Source of the DNA: Candidatus Thorarchaeota archaeon
Lineage (GTDB): Archaea > Asgardarchaeota > Thorarchaeia > Thorarchaeales > Thorarchaeaceae
Direction of reading: 5' to 3'
Length of the DNA stretch: 64,000 nucleotides
NCBI GenBank assembly: GCA_004524445.1
Contig: SDNP01000009.1
Location: 1 to 64,000 of the forward strand
Part shown: positions 49,339 to 59,284 of the stretch, in pieces
How positions within the stretch are numbered: the stretch's first letter is position 1
Layout: each line of letters opens with the position of its first letter
Notes under the pieces: generated by a model
Told to the model about the DNA's origin: nothing
Database searches by the model: none
The model's input: only the letters and a program-made list of their open reading frames with translations
Made by a program: the position numbers and the translations under genes

Positions 49339-49453
49339 CTCCCTATTCATACTCTGAATGCTCGGATAAAGATTATATTGCTTCAAACGAGGCGACATAC
49401 ATCAATACCACCCTGTTCAGTGGTGGTTACATTTTCATGGGAGATCAATACTA

Positions 49454-51100
49454 ATGGAAATAGAAAACGTTGAGCCAGTACCTGGCAAGGAGATTCATCA
49501 TGAGGATGGCGGTGATCTTTCCCGCTACCATGTTGAGAAACATGAGGTAAGAGAACTTCCTTACAATACTAAATCAATTTGTCCGGAGTGTCTCCTAGTG
49601 GATGATGAGGTTCATGTCATCGATGCCACTTTGTATGAAGAAGACGGCAAAGTAATGTATAAGAAAAAATGCGACAAGCATGGTAAATTCCTTGATATCT
49701 ATTGGGGCGATGCCGACATGTTTAGGACGGCACAGCAATGGTGGTATAAGACCGTTGGACTAGATAATCCCCGGACTGAAACAGTAGACGGATGTCCAAA
49801 TGATTGCGGACAATGCCCAGAACATAAATCGCATACAGCTCTTGCACTGCTGGACGTCACAAACAGGTGCAACCTTCGTTGCCCGATATGTTTTGCACAT
49901 GCAGCTGAGTCTGGAACTGTCTATGAACCGGAACCAGAAGAAGTTCTTGAAATGATGCGAAATCTTCGCAGCAATCTTCCTGTTCCAGCCCCGGCTCTAC
50001 AGTTTGCTGGGGGTGAACCAACTGTGTCCAAACATTTGCCCCAATATATCCGTTGGGCCAAGGAATTGGGCTTTAAACACGTGCAAATAGCCAGCAACGC
50101 AATCCGAATCGGAAAAAGCAAGCAGTATACCCAGGAGCTTCTTGATGCTGGTCTATCAACTATTTACATGCAGTTTGATGGTGTCACTCCTGAGCCATAC
50201 ATTGAAGCCCGGGGAACAAACCTTCTTCCCTTGAAGGAGCAAGCCATACAGAATTGTCGCGAAGTTGGACTGGATTCACTCGTACTTGTTCCGACCGTCG
50301 TACGTGGCGTCAACCACGATCAACTGGGTTCCATTATAGAATATGCTGTGGAGAATTATGATGTTATCCGTTGTGTCAATTTCCAGCCTGTGAGCATTAC
50401 TGGTCGTATTGATTATGATGCTAGAACCGACATGAGGATTACAATCCCCGATTGCATACATCTCATAGAGGAACAAACCAATGGTACGATTCCAGCCACA
50501 GAATGGTATCCTGTACCAGCTATGATGCCAGTGGGTAGAGCTCTTGGAATGATGAAGGGTACTCCTCAGTTAGAGCTTAGTGCACATTTTGCATGCGGGA
50601 TGTCTACATTTCTCTACATCAATGATGATGGTTCTTATGAACCCATCACGAACCTGATTGATGTGGACAAATTCATCCAGCTTCTTGAGGACATTGCTAA
50701 CCTTTATGCTGATGAGAAAATGGCCGCCAGCAAACGGGCGAAAGCCAAGTTAGCTGCGGGAATCAGACACATCAAGCGTAAGGGCATCATGAAAGACCTG
50801 TTGTCAGCTTTCCTGAGGCGGGGTGACTATAGCTCGCTTTCCAAGTTCATGGAACGCGTTATTATGATTGGCATGATGCACTTCCAGGATCCCTACAACT
50901 TCGACTTGGAACGAGTACAACACTGTGATATCAACTACTCTGTTCCTGATGGCAGAATTATCCCATTCTGCACAATGAACACTATCCACCGTTCGCGAGT
51001 TGAGAAGAAGTTCAGCATGCCAATAGAAGACTGGCGTGGAAGACACAAGCCTGACAAGGTTGAGGAAGAGAGCATTTCTAAACCCTACAAAGGCGATTAA
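49454..51100 (+). CDS. tes: Tetraether lipid synthase (radical SAM)
   Basis: TKSICPEC...C.KHG Zn domain, GCP.DCG.CPEH, CNLRCPIC, FQPVS, MHFQD.YNFD..R...C.I.Y..PDGRIIPFC. Confidence 0.9.
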   Translation: MEIENVEPVPGKEIHHEDGGDLSRYHVEKHEVRELPYNTKSICPECLLVDDEVHVIDATLYEEDGKVMYKKKCDKHGKFLDIYWGDADMFRTAQQWWYKTVGLDNPRTETVDGCPNDCGQCPEHKSHTALALLDVTNRCNLRCPICFAHAAESGTVYEPEPEEVLEMMRNLRSNLPVPAPALQFAGGEPTVSKHLPQYIRWAKELGFKHVQIASNAIRIGKSKQYTQELLDAGLSTIYMQFDGVTPEPYIEARGTNLLPLKEQAIQNCREVGLDSLVLVPTVVRGVNHDQLGSIIEYAVENYDVIRCVNFQPVSITGRIDYDARTDMRITIPDCIHLIEEQTNGTIPATEWYPVPAMMPVGRALGMMKGTPQLELSAHFACGMSTFLYINDDGSYEPITNLIDVDKFIQLLEDIANLYADEKMAASKRAKAKLAAGIRHIKRKGIMKDLLSAFLRRGDYSSLSKFMERVIMIGMMHFQDPYNFDLERVQHCDINYSVPDGRIIPFCTMNTIHRSRVEKKFSMPIEDWRGRHKPDKVEEESISKPYKGD

Positions 51101-51374
51101 TACATAGATTAGTGAGAGTCCGCTGAATTGCCCGGACCTCCTCACTTCTCTGTTTAATATTTTCATCTTTTATCTTTGGCAGGTTTAACCTGAGAATATG
51201 CCACGATATCTGGGTTTCTTAAAAATGAAATCTGGAGCCTTTTCTTTGTTGTTTTGTAAGAGATGGGAGGAAAAGAACTTAGATGCGCCCTAACATTAAA
51301 CCCAAGTTAAGTTTTTTAAAGCGTCTACGACCTCAAAGAAAACCTTAATAAGAAGTACCACAAACGTGAGAGTG

Positions 51375-51512
51375 TCGAGTGGTAGCCAATGAGGGAAACG
51401 GGGCTACGACTATGATGCAAACGAACATTGGCGGGTACGTGGGCTAGTTTTTCGTTACATGCCCTCAATTACGAAACTCCCCCCTCCTACCACGATTTCC
51501 CACGTCCCGCCA
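51375..51512 (+). ncRNA. Candidate switch-like structured RNA with mini-ORFs
   Basis: 14-bp GC stem TGGCGGG-T-ACGTGGG/CCCACGT-CCCGCCA; alternative pairings of the 5' arm; BRE-TATA-like gaaaaccttaata about 51338-51350. Confidence 0.55.
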
Positions 51513-51555
51513 CCTTCTTCTACACAGCATTATCTGACCAAGCGACGTCTTTAAA

Positions 51556-53628
51556 GTGGGTCTTTTTTTGTATATTCTGTTGGAGATACTCTGCTTGAAC
51601 GACCAGTTGCCCTATCTTGATGAAACGTTAAGCATTGAAGAGCGATTGCAAGACCTACTTTCTCGCTTGACCCTTAAGGAGAAATTCTCCCTTCTTAGCA
51701 GTCAAGGTCGCCACCGAATCTATGTCACAAAGGGAATAAAGCGGCTACAAATTCCCCCTTTCAAGGTGACTGATGGCCCGTTAGGGGTTGCACGACACTC
51801 AAGCTGGTTCAAGAAGAACACAAGATTTCCCGCCACAATCTCTTTAGCAGCCTCGTGGAATAGAGGTCTCGCGCATAGTGTTGGAACTGCAATGGGACAG
51901 GAAGTACGGGCATGTGGGCGGCATGCTCTCCTTGCACCAGGAATCAACATCCATAGAACTCCCCTCTGCGGAAGAACATTCGAATACTTCAGTGAAGACC
52001 CGTTTCTCACAAAGGAATTAGCTGTGCAATTTGTCAAAGGTGTACAGAGTCAGGAAATTGCTGCATGTGCAAAACACTATGCGGCGAACAATCAGGAAAT
52101 CGACCGAAAGACGATGAGTGCTGAGATAGATGAACGAACATTACATGAGATCTATCTCCGGGCATTCAGAGCATTGGCAAGAGACGCAGAAGTTTGGTCT
52201 TTCATGACTTGCTATAATATGGTAAATGGTGTCTATGGTGCAGAACATGAATACCTGATTAGAGATGTTCTGATTGACAAATGGGAATTTGATGGTATGG
52301 TCATGACTGACTGGTTAGCGACTGGCGGAATAGAGGATACAGGATCCTGCGTAGATGCAGGACTCACACTTGAGATGCCCTTCCCCGCAAAATACAAGGT
52401 AAGCTCTCTTGAGAAAGCCTTCGAAGAGGACAAGTTCACCGAGGATTCATTGAATGACTTAGTCATCAGAAATCTACGGACTATGATTCGAACAAGAGCA
52501 CTCGACCAGGATGAATTTGTACCTTCAGGAGCTCGAAATACACCCGAGCACCAGGATCTCGCACGACATGCAGCTGAAGAGGGAATGGTTCTACTAAAGA
52601 ACAAAGGAGATCTTCTTCCTCTGAACATTGAACATGTAGATCGCATTGCATTACTAGGGCCGAATCTAAAGAAGAAGTTTGGCAGGTTCCTTTATGGTGG
52701 ATCATCAGCAGTAGTCCCACCATATGAGATAACTCCACTTGAAGGAATGAAGAACAAGTGCGGCGATACGGTCAGAGTAGTCCACGATCCCGCTAAAGCT
52801 GATGTGGCTGTTCTCTTCATGGGCCTTGACCACAGCAGAGGCATGGACTCAGAAACTTACGATAGAAGCTCATTACACTTACCAGAGAAACAAATCGACC
52901 TAATTCTAGAAACCACGGCTCAGAATGAAAATACGATTGTCGTTTTAATTGCTGGAAGTCCCATCGCTATGGATCCATGGTTGGATGAGGTGTCCGCGGT
53001 TCTCAATGCATGGTATGCAGGAATGGAGGCGGGAACTGCCATCGCTAATATCCTCTTTGGAGATATCAACCCGTCTGGACGGCTACCAATCACATTTCCG
53101 AGGAATCTCTCTGATTCTCCAGCGCATCATTCAGGAGATCCTCGAAATTATCCTGGTGATAAAGAGAAAAAGGTATACTATGAAGAGGGCATTTTCGTTG
53201 GTTACCGGTGGTTTGACAAGAAGAGAATTGAACCGCTATTCCCATTCGGCTACGGGCTTTCGTACACCACATTTGATCTCGAATCAGTGAAAACCAAGCA
53301 GAATATCCTCGTTTCATCGGATGAAGATATAATCCTTGAATTGCAGTTGAGAAACACTGGGGCGACATCAGGTTCCGAGGTTATTCAAATTTACTCACGA
53401 GATTTGGATTCCTCTGTTGAGCGCCCCGTGAGGGAATTGGTCGGGTTTGAGAAGATATTCCTTAGACCAAATGAAGCCAAGCAAGTTTCTCTTAAGATCG
53501 GCGCTGAGGAGCTTGCCTTCTATGACACCAATATCCATGACTGGACAATAGAACCCGGGGATTTTATGCTGGAGATTGGACAATCTTCAAAACATATTCT
53601 GGCAAGGACCGAAATCAGCTATGGATAG
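51556..53628 (+). CDS. GH3 beta-glucosidase (start likely TTG about 51595)
   Basis: TDGPLG, GRTFEYFSEDP, KHYAANNQE, VMTDW, NPSGRLP, YEEG..VGYR, PFGYGLSYT. Confidence 0.95.
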   Translation: MGLFLYILLEILCLNDQLPYLDETLSIEERLQDLLSRLTLKEKFSLLSSQGRHRIYVTKGIKRLQIPPFKVTDGPLGVARHSSWFKKNTRFPATISLAASWNRGLAHSVGTAMGQEVRACGRHALLAPGINIHRTPLCGRTFEYFSEDPFLTKELAVQFVKGVQSQEIAACAKHYAANNQEIDRKTMSAEIDERTLHEIYLRAFRALARDAEVWSFMTCYNMVNGVYGAEHEYLIRDVLIDKWEFDGMVMTDWLATGGIEDTGSCVDAGLTLEMPFPAKYKVSSLEKAFEEDKFTEDSLNDLVIRNLRTMIRTRALDQDEFVPSGARNTPEHQDLARHAAEEGMVLLKNKGDLLPLNIEHVDRIALLGPNLKKKFGRFLYGGSSAVVPPYEITPLEGMKNKCGDTVRVVHDPAKADVAVLFMGLDHSRGMDSETYDRSSLHLPEKQIDLILETTAQNENTIVVLIAGSPIAMDPWLDEVSAVLNAWYAGMEAGTAIANILFGDINPSGRLPITFPRNLSDSPAHHSGDPRNYPGDKEKKVYYEEGIFVGYRWFDKKRIEPLFPFGYGLSYTTFDLESVKTKQNILVSSDEDIILELQLRNTGATSGSEVIQIYSRDLDSSVERPVRELVGFEKIFLRPNEAKQVSLKIGAEELAFYDTNIHDWTIEPGDFMLEIGQSSKHILARTEISYG

Positions 53629-53657
53629 AAAATCGAGATAGATTATTTGTTTCTCAA

Positions 53658-54560
53658 TCAATCTCTATGCAATGCAAATTCACAACTCTTATTTCCCATA
53701 GCTCTGCATGAAGTTTCTTCCACAGAGATGCTAGGATTTCTCAATACCCCTTCAATAAACCCACTGAAAAAGTGACAAATGGGTCTATTGGCAGTCTTGC
53801 CGCGGCATACTGGGCATAACACGATATCATAGACTTCTTTATCACTGTCAAACTTCGTCACAGAGATTTCGTTCAACAAGTCTAGGAGCTCACTCTGTTG
53901 TATTACGAGCTTATCTTTGTACTCTGCCTTTGCAATCCGGTATCCAGCATATCTGCCAATGGTTCTAGCAACCAGGTCTTCAAGTTCTGGTTGATTTCCG
54001 AAGTAATTGTTCAGTTCTCTAACCAGTTTTATTGTATCCTCCGGGAAGTTTTGGATTATATCAAGTCCTAAATTCAAAACCATATAGAGCTGAGAGAGGG
54101 GAATGACCGAAGGTAGAAACTGAATAATCTCCGGATAATCGTTTCTAATCCTCATAAGGTGGTTATACAGATCACGAATATTCGATTTGAAACGCTGATA
54201 CCTCTCTCCTCGCACATACGCTTCTTCTTTCTGAAGGTGTCCTTCAAACTCCTGGAAGAACTGATTTTCAATTTGCTTTACCAGAATCTTAGCGAATTGA
54301 TCGTACTCCTGTTTCTCCACGTGAACGACAAAGAGAACAGGGTCTCTGGAGCTGTAGACCAAGAGCCCATTACCGGATTCTATTGCTTTCAGTTCTTCAT
54401 GACCTAATTCTTTTACGAGATTATTAATGGCGCTTGTGAAGCCTCCAAATAATTCCTCAAATGATTGTCGATTATCCCTTGCAGACCCATCCAAATTAAC
54501 ACTTACAAGTGGAATTCCAGCCAAATGGACGATATATACAGTCCTTACAATACCATTCAT
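53658..54560 (-). CDS. Longin/roadblock-like N-domain plus V4R (Bet3-like) domain protein
   Basis: VYIV..AGIPL...LFGGF.SAI..L..E; CPVC...PICHFFSGFIEG...VEETSC.A.G..SC.F. Confidence 0.8.
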   Translation of the reverse strand: MNGIVRTVYIVHLAGIPLVSVNLDGSARDNRQSFEELFGGFTSAINNLVKELGHEELKAIESGNGLLVYSSRDPVLFVVHVEKQEYDQFAKILVKQIENQFFQEFEGHLQKEEAYVRGERYQRFKSNIRDLYNHLMRIRNDYPEIIQFLPSVIPLSQLYMVLNLGLDIIQNFPEDTIKLVRELNNYFGNQPELEDLVARTIGRYAGYRIAKAEYKDKLVIQQSELLDLLNEISVTKFDSDKEVYDIVLCPVCRGKTANRPICHFFSGFIEGVLRNPSISVEETSCRAMGNKSCEFALHRD

Positions 54561-54931
54561 CTGCTTTCTTCTCCAAAAAGACGTCGTGAGAAGTCGTAAA
54601 ATTGACCGAAGGCAATGACGAGTAGGAATATGCTGATTAGAAACAACCAAAGTCTGGTTGGCTTCCAGATATAATCATAAAACTCTCCCGGAGTGAACCA
54701 AAACCACTCATCAAATGCATCCATTGCAGAGCTTATGATTCCAAAAACCGAAGAAACGAGCAACGGATAGAAAGTTCTCTTTCTTTCAATCATTGGATAT
54801 CTTCTTGCTGCATATATGATCACAACAAGTAGCAGCATGAATGCAAACACTGTAAACAAATCCAAAAATGCCTTCACAATCTCTAAAATGCCGCTGGGAG
54901 GATGAAACTCGAAGGTAACTCCTTGCATCAA
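54557..54931 (-). CDS. 3-TM membrane protein
   Basis: Three hydrophobic helices, RRYP loop, DAFD at end of TM2; ATGA overlap with V4R gene. Confidence 0.75.
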   Translation of the reverse strand: MMQGVTFEFHPPSGILEIVKAFLDLFTVFAFMLLLVVIIYAARRYPMIERKRTFYPLLVSSVFGIISSAMDAFDEWFWFTPGEFYDYIWKPTRLWLFLISIFLLVIAFGQFYDFSRRLFGEESR

Positions 54932-55273
54932 TTATAACCCCCATTGCTTTGCGCCATAGTCGGCAATCCGATATACCCCATAGGCGAATAGAAGCAGTCC
55001 TATCACGAATGTCGAACCATCAAAAAGATTGAGAACATCAACGAGCGAATCATCGAATTGCAGCGTATCCAAGGCATCGAAAATTGCATGAAACATCAGG
55101 AGTGCAATGCCTGCCACAATAGACGTCCAACCCTCTGAGGTGATTCGTGGGTGCTTCTTTCTGATTTTGTATGCAAACAATGTGGCTACAAAAAGGCCTA
55201 GGGCTATCAAAGACTCCATGCTAATCAGGAACAGATCCTCTGGGTCTAAAAGGCCTATCTGCATGGCAAGCAC
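54932..55273 (-). CDS. 3-TM membrane protein, probable paralog of neighbour
   Basis: Three helices, KKHP loop, DALD at end of TM2; abuts next gene. Confidence 0.75.
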   Translation of the reverse strand: MLAMQIGLLDPEDLFLISMESLIALGLFVATLFAYKIRKKHPRITSEGWTSIVAGIALLMFHAIFDALDTLQFDDSLVDVLNLFDGSTFVIGLLLFAYGVYRIADYGAKQWGL

Positions 55274-55399
55274 TGAATATCAACTATTAGAAGCGGGAAT
55301 TAAATCTTCCTGAGGAGAATAAGGAAATTAGTGACATGCAATCCTTGCTCTATGAGGTAACGAATACCTATTGATTGCTACGAGAGAAAATCCTTTCTT

Positions 55400-56227
55400 A
55401 TGCTGGCTTATTTTTCGGAGGGTGAACAGACCATGGACCTAGAATACTTCTCAGACGAGGAGTATCACCGAGCCTTTATTGACTTCGGTGGAGTCCGAGA
55501 AGAAATTGCTCGTCTTTTATTCCATAGCCTTGGGATGAATACAGAAATAATCCTAGATATTCCTGCTGGCCATGGCTACCTTTCCTTTGAAGTTGCGAAA
55601 CGATTCAAACAGAGTCGTGTCTTGGGTATAGGCCTCCCAAATGATTGCACCGCGTATCTGAGAATTCGGAATCAAAACAAATTCTCGCCTTTCTATGATA
55701 GAGTCGATTTCACTGCCTGTGATGCAACGAGATTGGCTTTGCCTGCTGGCTCTTGTGATTTAATAGTTAACTTCCTTGGACTCGAAGATATAAGGATGAC
55801 AAGGGGTGAAACCGGAGTACTTCAGACACTATCCGAGTTCGCTAGAGTGCTAAGAGGCGGTGCAATACTTGAGCTTACTATCGCAGAATATGGCGATACA
55901 CCTGAGGAGGAAATTGCCAAATCTGTTTGGGAGAGCATAGGATTGAATGCTGTTTTCCAGCCTATCAACTTCTATAGTGATAAGCTGAACGAACTTGATT
56001 TTAAGCTGACAAAGAAGAGAAAAATGTTGTATCCGAAAAAGATGAAAGCTAACCAGGCGAGAGAAGAGATTGAGTTTGCTTGTTTGAATGCCCCCAAGAT
56101 ATACAAGTCATTCGGCGTGAATTCAGTTTCATTTGATGAGATATGGTCCGAGTTCGGTTCTCTGATTGAAACACACGGAATGGCATACTGGTCAAAATTG
56201 TGGGTATTAATTTTTCAGAAGGTATGA
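55400..56227 (+). CDS. Class I SAM-dependent methyltransferase
   Basis: ILDIPAGHG, CDAT.LAL...SCD, EFARVLR.G. Confidence 0.85.
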   Translation: MLAYFSEGEQTMDLEYFSDEEYHRAFIDFGGVREEIARLLFHSLGMNTEIILDIPAGHGYLSFEVAKRFKQSRVLGIGLPNDCTAYLRIRNQNKFSPFYDRVDFTACDATRLALPAGSCDLIVNFLGLEDIRMTRGETGVLQTLSEFARVLRGGAILELTIAEYGDTPEEEIAKSVWESIGLNAVFQPINFYSDKLNELDFKLTKKRKMLYPKKMKANQAREEIEFACLNAPKIYKSFGVNSVSFDEIWSEFGSLIETHGMAYWSKLWVLIFQKV

Positions 56228-56273
56228 TAGGACGAAAGTCTGTTCTTCTGATCATGCCAAATAAGGAGGCAAG

Positions 56274-57248
56274 ATGTTACCCATGCAATTCTTAATTAGC
56301 AGTGCTACCTTATTCTCGGCGAGTTGCGATAGAATGTTACGTAAGAACGAACTGAATTTCCTTCAAGTGGATGCTTTCACAGATACCCGTTTTGGGGGAA
56401 ATCCCGCTATTGTTGTGTTAGATGCTGACTCTCTTGATGATGAACAGATGTATATGATTGCAGAAGAGATGAGCTCACGGGAAACTGTCTTTGTTTGTAA
56501 ATCATCTGTCGCTGACTTCTGTTTTCGATTTCTCACGTCAAAGGGTGAAATTGACTTTTCAGGACATTCTGCAATTGCTGCCTTTCATGCACTAGTTGAG
56601 GAGGGCAAAGCAGAAGTGGTATACGATGTGACAATGCTCTCATTGGAAACCAAATCTGGGGTTCTGCAGGTTGAGATCGTGAAGAATGAAACCACCCGCA
56701 CCCATGAAGTCCAAATAACTCATTCACGACCCGAGTTCATGAACACTTATGATACTAAAGCATATGCGGAGGCGCTCGGACTCAATCTTGTCGATATAAT
56801 GTCTTTGTATCCTATACAGACAGTGAGTACTGGGACTCCTCATTTGGTTATCCCATTGATGAGTCTTGATGCCTTAGAACGGGTCAAACCGAACTTGGAT
56901 TTGATTGAGAGTTTATCCGCTGATGGTGACTATGACTCAATCATTGCATTCACGAAAGAAACGCATGAAGTAACTTCTGATGCGCATCTCAAACACTTTG
57001 CTCCTGCGCTTGGTGTTGCCGAAGAGCCGGCATCGGGGGTTGCTTCAGGATGTTTGGGAAGCTATCTTATTCGGCATGGTATTATTGACTCTACAAATCG
57101 TGTTTCAACTATTGTTCTAGAGCAAGGATACCATCTGGGCCGTCCAAGTAAGGTGATAGTGGAAGTAATCGGAGATAGAGAGGGAATCGAACAAGTCAAA
57201 GTGAGCGGCACAGCAGTCACTGTGATGAAAGGTGAAATATACATCTAG
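56274..57248 (+). CDS. PhzF family isomerase/epimerase
   Basis: VDAFT...FGGNPA, ETVF, EIDFSGH, STG, EQG..LGRPS. Confidence 0.9.
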   Translation: MLPMQFLISSATLFSASCDRMLRKNELNFLQVDAFTDTRFGGNPAIVVLDADSLDDEQMYMIAEEMSSRETVFVCKSSVADFCFRFLTSKGEIDFSGHSAIAAFHALVEEGKAEVVYDVTMLSLETKSGVLQVEIVKNETTRTHEVQITHSRPEFMNTYDTKAYAEALGLNLVDIMSLYPIQTVSTGTPHLVIPLMSLDALERVKPNLDLIESLSADGDYDSIIAFTKETHEVTSDAHLKHFAPALGVAEEPASGVASGCLGSYLIRHGIIDSTNRVSTIVLEQGYHLGRPSKVIVEVIGDREGIEQVKVSGTAVTVMKGEIYI

Positions 57249-57407
57249 TTTGATTTCATGTCCCCTGATTGAAAATATGACTCATATGAGAGCATTTTAC
57301 TTGTTTTGATAGTTCCATGTAATAGTCGTTAATTCATGAAATGATTTTCGACAGATTCAGAAACTCTAAAAAAGGTGTTTGAGGGTGCCAGCTGCGGAAG
57401 ATGCTTG

Positions 57408-58487
57408 ATGAATGAGTACAAGGCAATTATAGCAGAGGAGCAGAAGAGAGTTAACGACGCTTTGGTGAAGTATCTAGATTCAAAAATTGAACAAGTAAGT
57501 CGATTAGGAGATTGGCACACAAAGTACTATGCCAATATCAAGGAGTATATCATGCGCGGGGGAAAACGGCTTCGTCCTATTCTTGTGGCAGTAGGCTATA
57601 AATGCATACGAAAAGAAGTAGACATTCAGCATCTCTATCGCGCAGCGTGTTCCGTAGAAATCTTGCATAACGGATCACTCCTCCATGATGATTTAATCGA
57701 CCATGATGAATCTAGACGTGGAGGCAAGACATTCCATGCCACCTATCGAGACTGGTATAAGACCAGATCTAACAACATGGAAAAGGCTCAAGACTTCGGA
57801 ATGACCATGGCTATTCTTGGTGGTGATTCTCTCCTCAATATGGGATCAGAAGCGATAAGCGACTCGCACCTGGAACCTGAGATTGCAGTCAAATGTCAGA
57901 AGCTCTACCAGACCGCATTCCAATATCTGGCTGATGGTGTGATGCTGGAGATGACAATGGTGAATCAACAGGACACACCTCCGGAAACCTATCTAGAAAT
58001 GGTCGCCATGAAAACAGCTGTCCTGTTCGAAAAGGCGTTATTAATGGGTGCAACTCTGGCTGGTGCTACTGAGGTGCAATTGAATGCCTTGCAGGAGTAT
58101 GGTATCAAAGTTGGGCAAGCTTTTCAGATGCAAGATGATATCTTAGGGACTTTTGGCGACGAAGAAATCACTGGCAAACCAGCAGACGGGGATATTCGTG
58201 AAGGAAAGAAAACGATGCTGGTCATCTTAGCTTACAAAAACGCAAATGAAAAGCAGCGAAACTTGCTTGATAATCTTCTAGGCAAAGAAGGCATGGATCA
58301 TGAAGAAGTAGAACAGGTTCGACAGGTATTCCGTGATACAGGTGCTCTAGAAGAAACTGAGGGTTTCATGATGGATTTGCTCAGAAAAGGTCAGAGTGCC
58401 TTGGAAGCAGCAGTTCCTCCATTTACTCAAAGATACAAACACTTCCTTCTCAATCTTTCGCAGTTTCTCGTAGAGAGGCAGTATTAA
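57408..58487 (+). CDS. idsA: Polyprenyl (probably GGPP) synthase
   Basis: GGKRLRP, LLHDDLID.DE.RRG, KTA.LF, FQMQDDILG, DIREGKKT. Confidence 0.9.
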   Translation: MNEYKAIIAEEQKRVNDALVKYLDSKIEQVSRLGDWHTKYYANIKEYIMRGGKRLRPILVAVGYKCIRKEVDIQHLYRAACSVEILHNGSLLHDDLIDHDESRRGGKTFHATYRDWYKTRSNNMEKAQDFGMTMAILGGDSLLNMGSEAISDSHLEPEIAVKCQKLYQTAFQYLADGVMLEMTMVNQQDTPPETYLEMVAMKTAVLFEKALLMGATLAGATEVQLNALQEYGIKVGQAFQMQDDILGTFGDEEITGKPADGDIREGKKTMLVILAYKNANEKQRNLLDNLLGKEGMDHEEVEQVRQVFRDTGALEETEGFMMDLLRKGQSALEAAVPPFTQRYKHFLLNLSQFLVERQY

Positions 58488-58515
58488 ACATAAAATATCA
58501 CTGGTCGATTTTCTA

Positions 58516-59112
58516 TCAACTCGCTGCATACCTACTCTCAATCAGGTGAAGACTAAGAAGAAGAAGATCTTCTCCTTCAGCATCAAGTAGCCTTCTCATG
58601 GGCTTGAGTAATTCAGGGGCATCTTGCTCCAAATACTCAATAAATTTGGAACTGGACCTCGATAGGGCTTTGCGCATCTCTCTAGCATGAAGGATTATTG
58701 TTTCGTTTGCCTTTGCCTGGCCAGCATATTCAGTGAGTAAAAGATGATCCATGAGTTTCACAATTTCCTCTGCAATTTTACTCGATTCGCTTACCATTCC
58801 CTCGTCAGCCTTTCTACCCTGTCCATATTTTGACCTGACAAATTCGAGAATTGGCTTGTGCCTATCGATATCCTCATCGTATGGCTCTTTCTCTAGTTCA
58901 CTTGCATCAATATCTCTCTTCCAACACACCTTTCCATGTAGATATGCCTTGGAGATGTATCCCTTCTTCTCCATGTCCTGTAAATGCTCTTGGAATATGT
59001 CTCTCGTTATTAACGAGCCACGAGCAGAAAGCAGTAGATACTTGTGAAAGAGGGTTTCCTCGAATTCTATCAAAGCCGTACCAAAGGCGCGTAGGATATC
59101 TCTCTCCAACAT
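58516..59112 (-). CDS. Hypothetical protein, N-terminal wHTH-like
   Basis: F...L.DMEKKGYI.......CWKR pattern. Confidence 0.6.
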   Translation of the reverse strand: MLERDILRAFGTALIEFEETLFHKYLLLSARGSLITRDIFQEHLQDMEKKGYISKAYLHGKVCWKRDIDASELEKEPYDEDIDRHKPILEFVRSKYGQGRKADEGMVSESSKIAEEIVKLMDHLLLTEYAGQAKANETIILHAREMRKALSRSSSKFIEYLEQDAPELLKPMRRLLDAEGEDLLLLSLHLIESRYAAS

Positions 59113-59250
59113 CTCTATTTTCCCACTCAGAGGTCTCTTTTATCATTAAATCAATGCTTAATGTCAACTAACTACTTACGTATTTGATAATAAGAACATT
59201 GGCAGGCTAGACCCATTCCATAAAGAGTCCGTAGAATCTTTCTACGGTAA

Positions 59251-59278
59251 GAAGAAAAAAGGCGGCAAAAAGCCGCCT
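59251..59278 (-). terminator. Terminator hairpin
   Basis: AGGCGGC-N5-GCCGCCT followed by T-tract on minus strand. Confidence 0.7.
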
Positions 59279-59284
59279 AGCTAA

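Noticed and set aside
51412-51540. C/D box sRNA (AUGAUG...CUGA) or tmRNA-like tag (GCAAACGA)
   Set aside because: Imperfect C box, about 120-nt spacing, no terminal stem; no tRNA-like ends
56274-57248. Inactive PhzF (FSGH instead of FCGH)
   Set aside because: That position varies in the family and the catalytic Glu (ETVF) is retained
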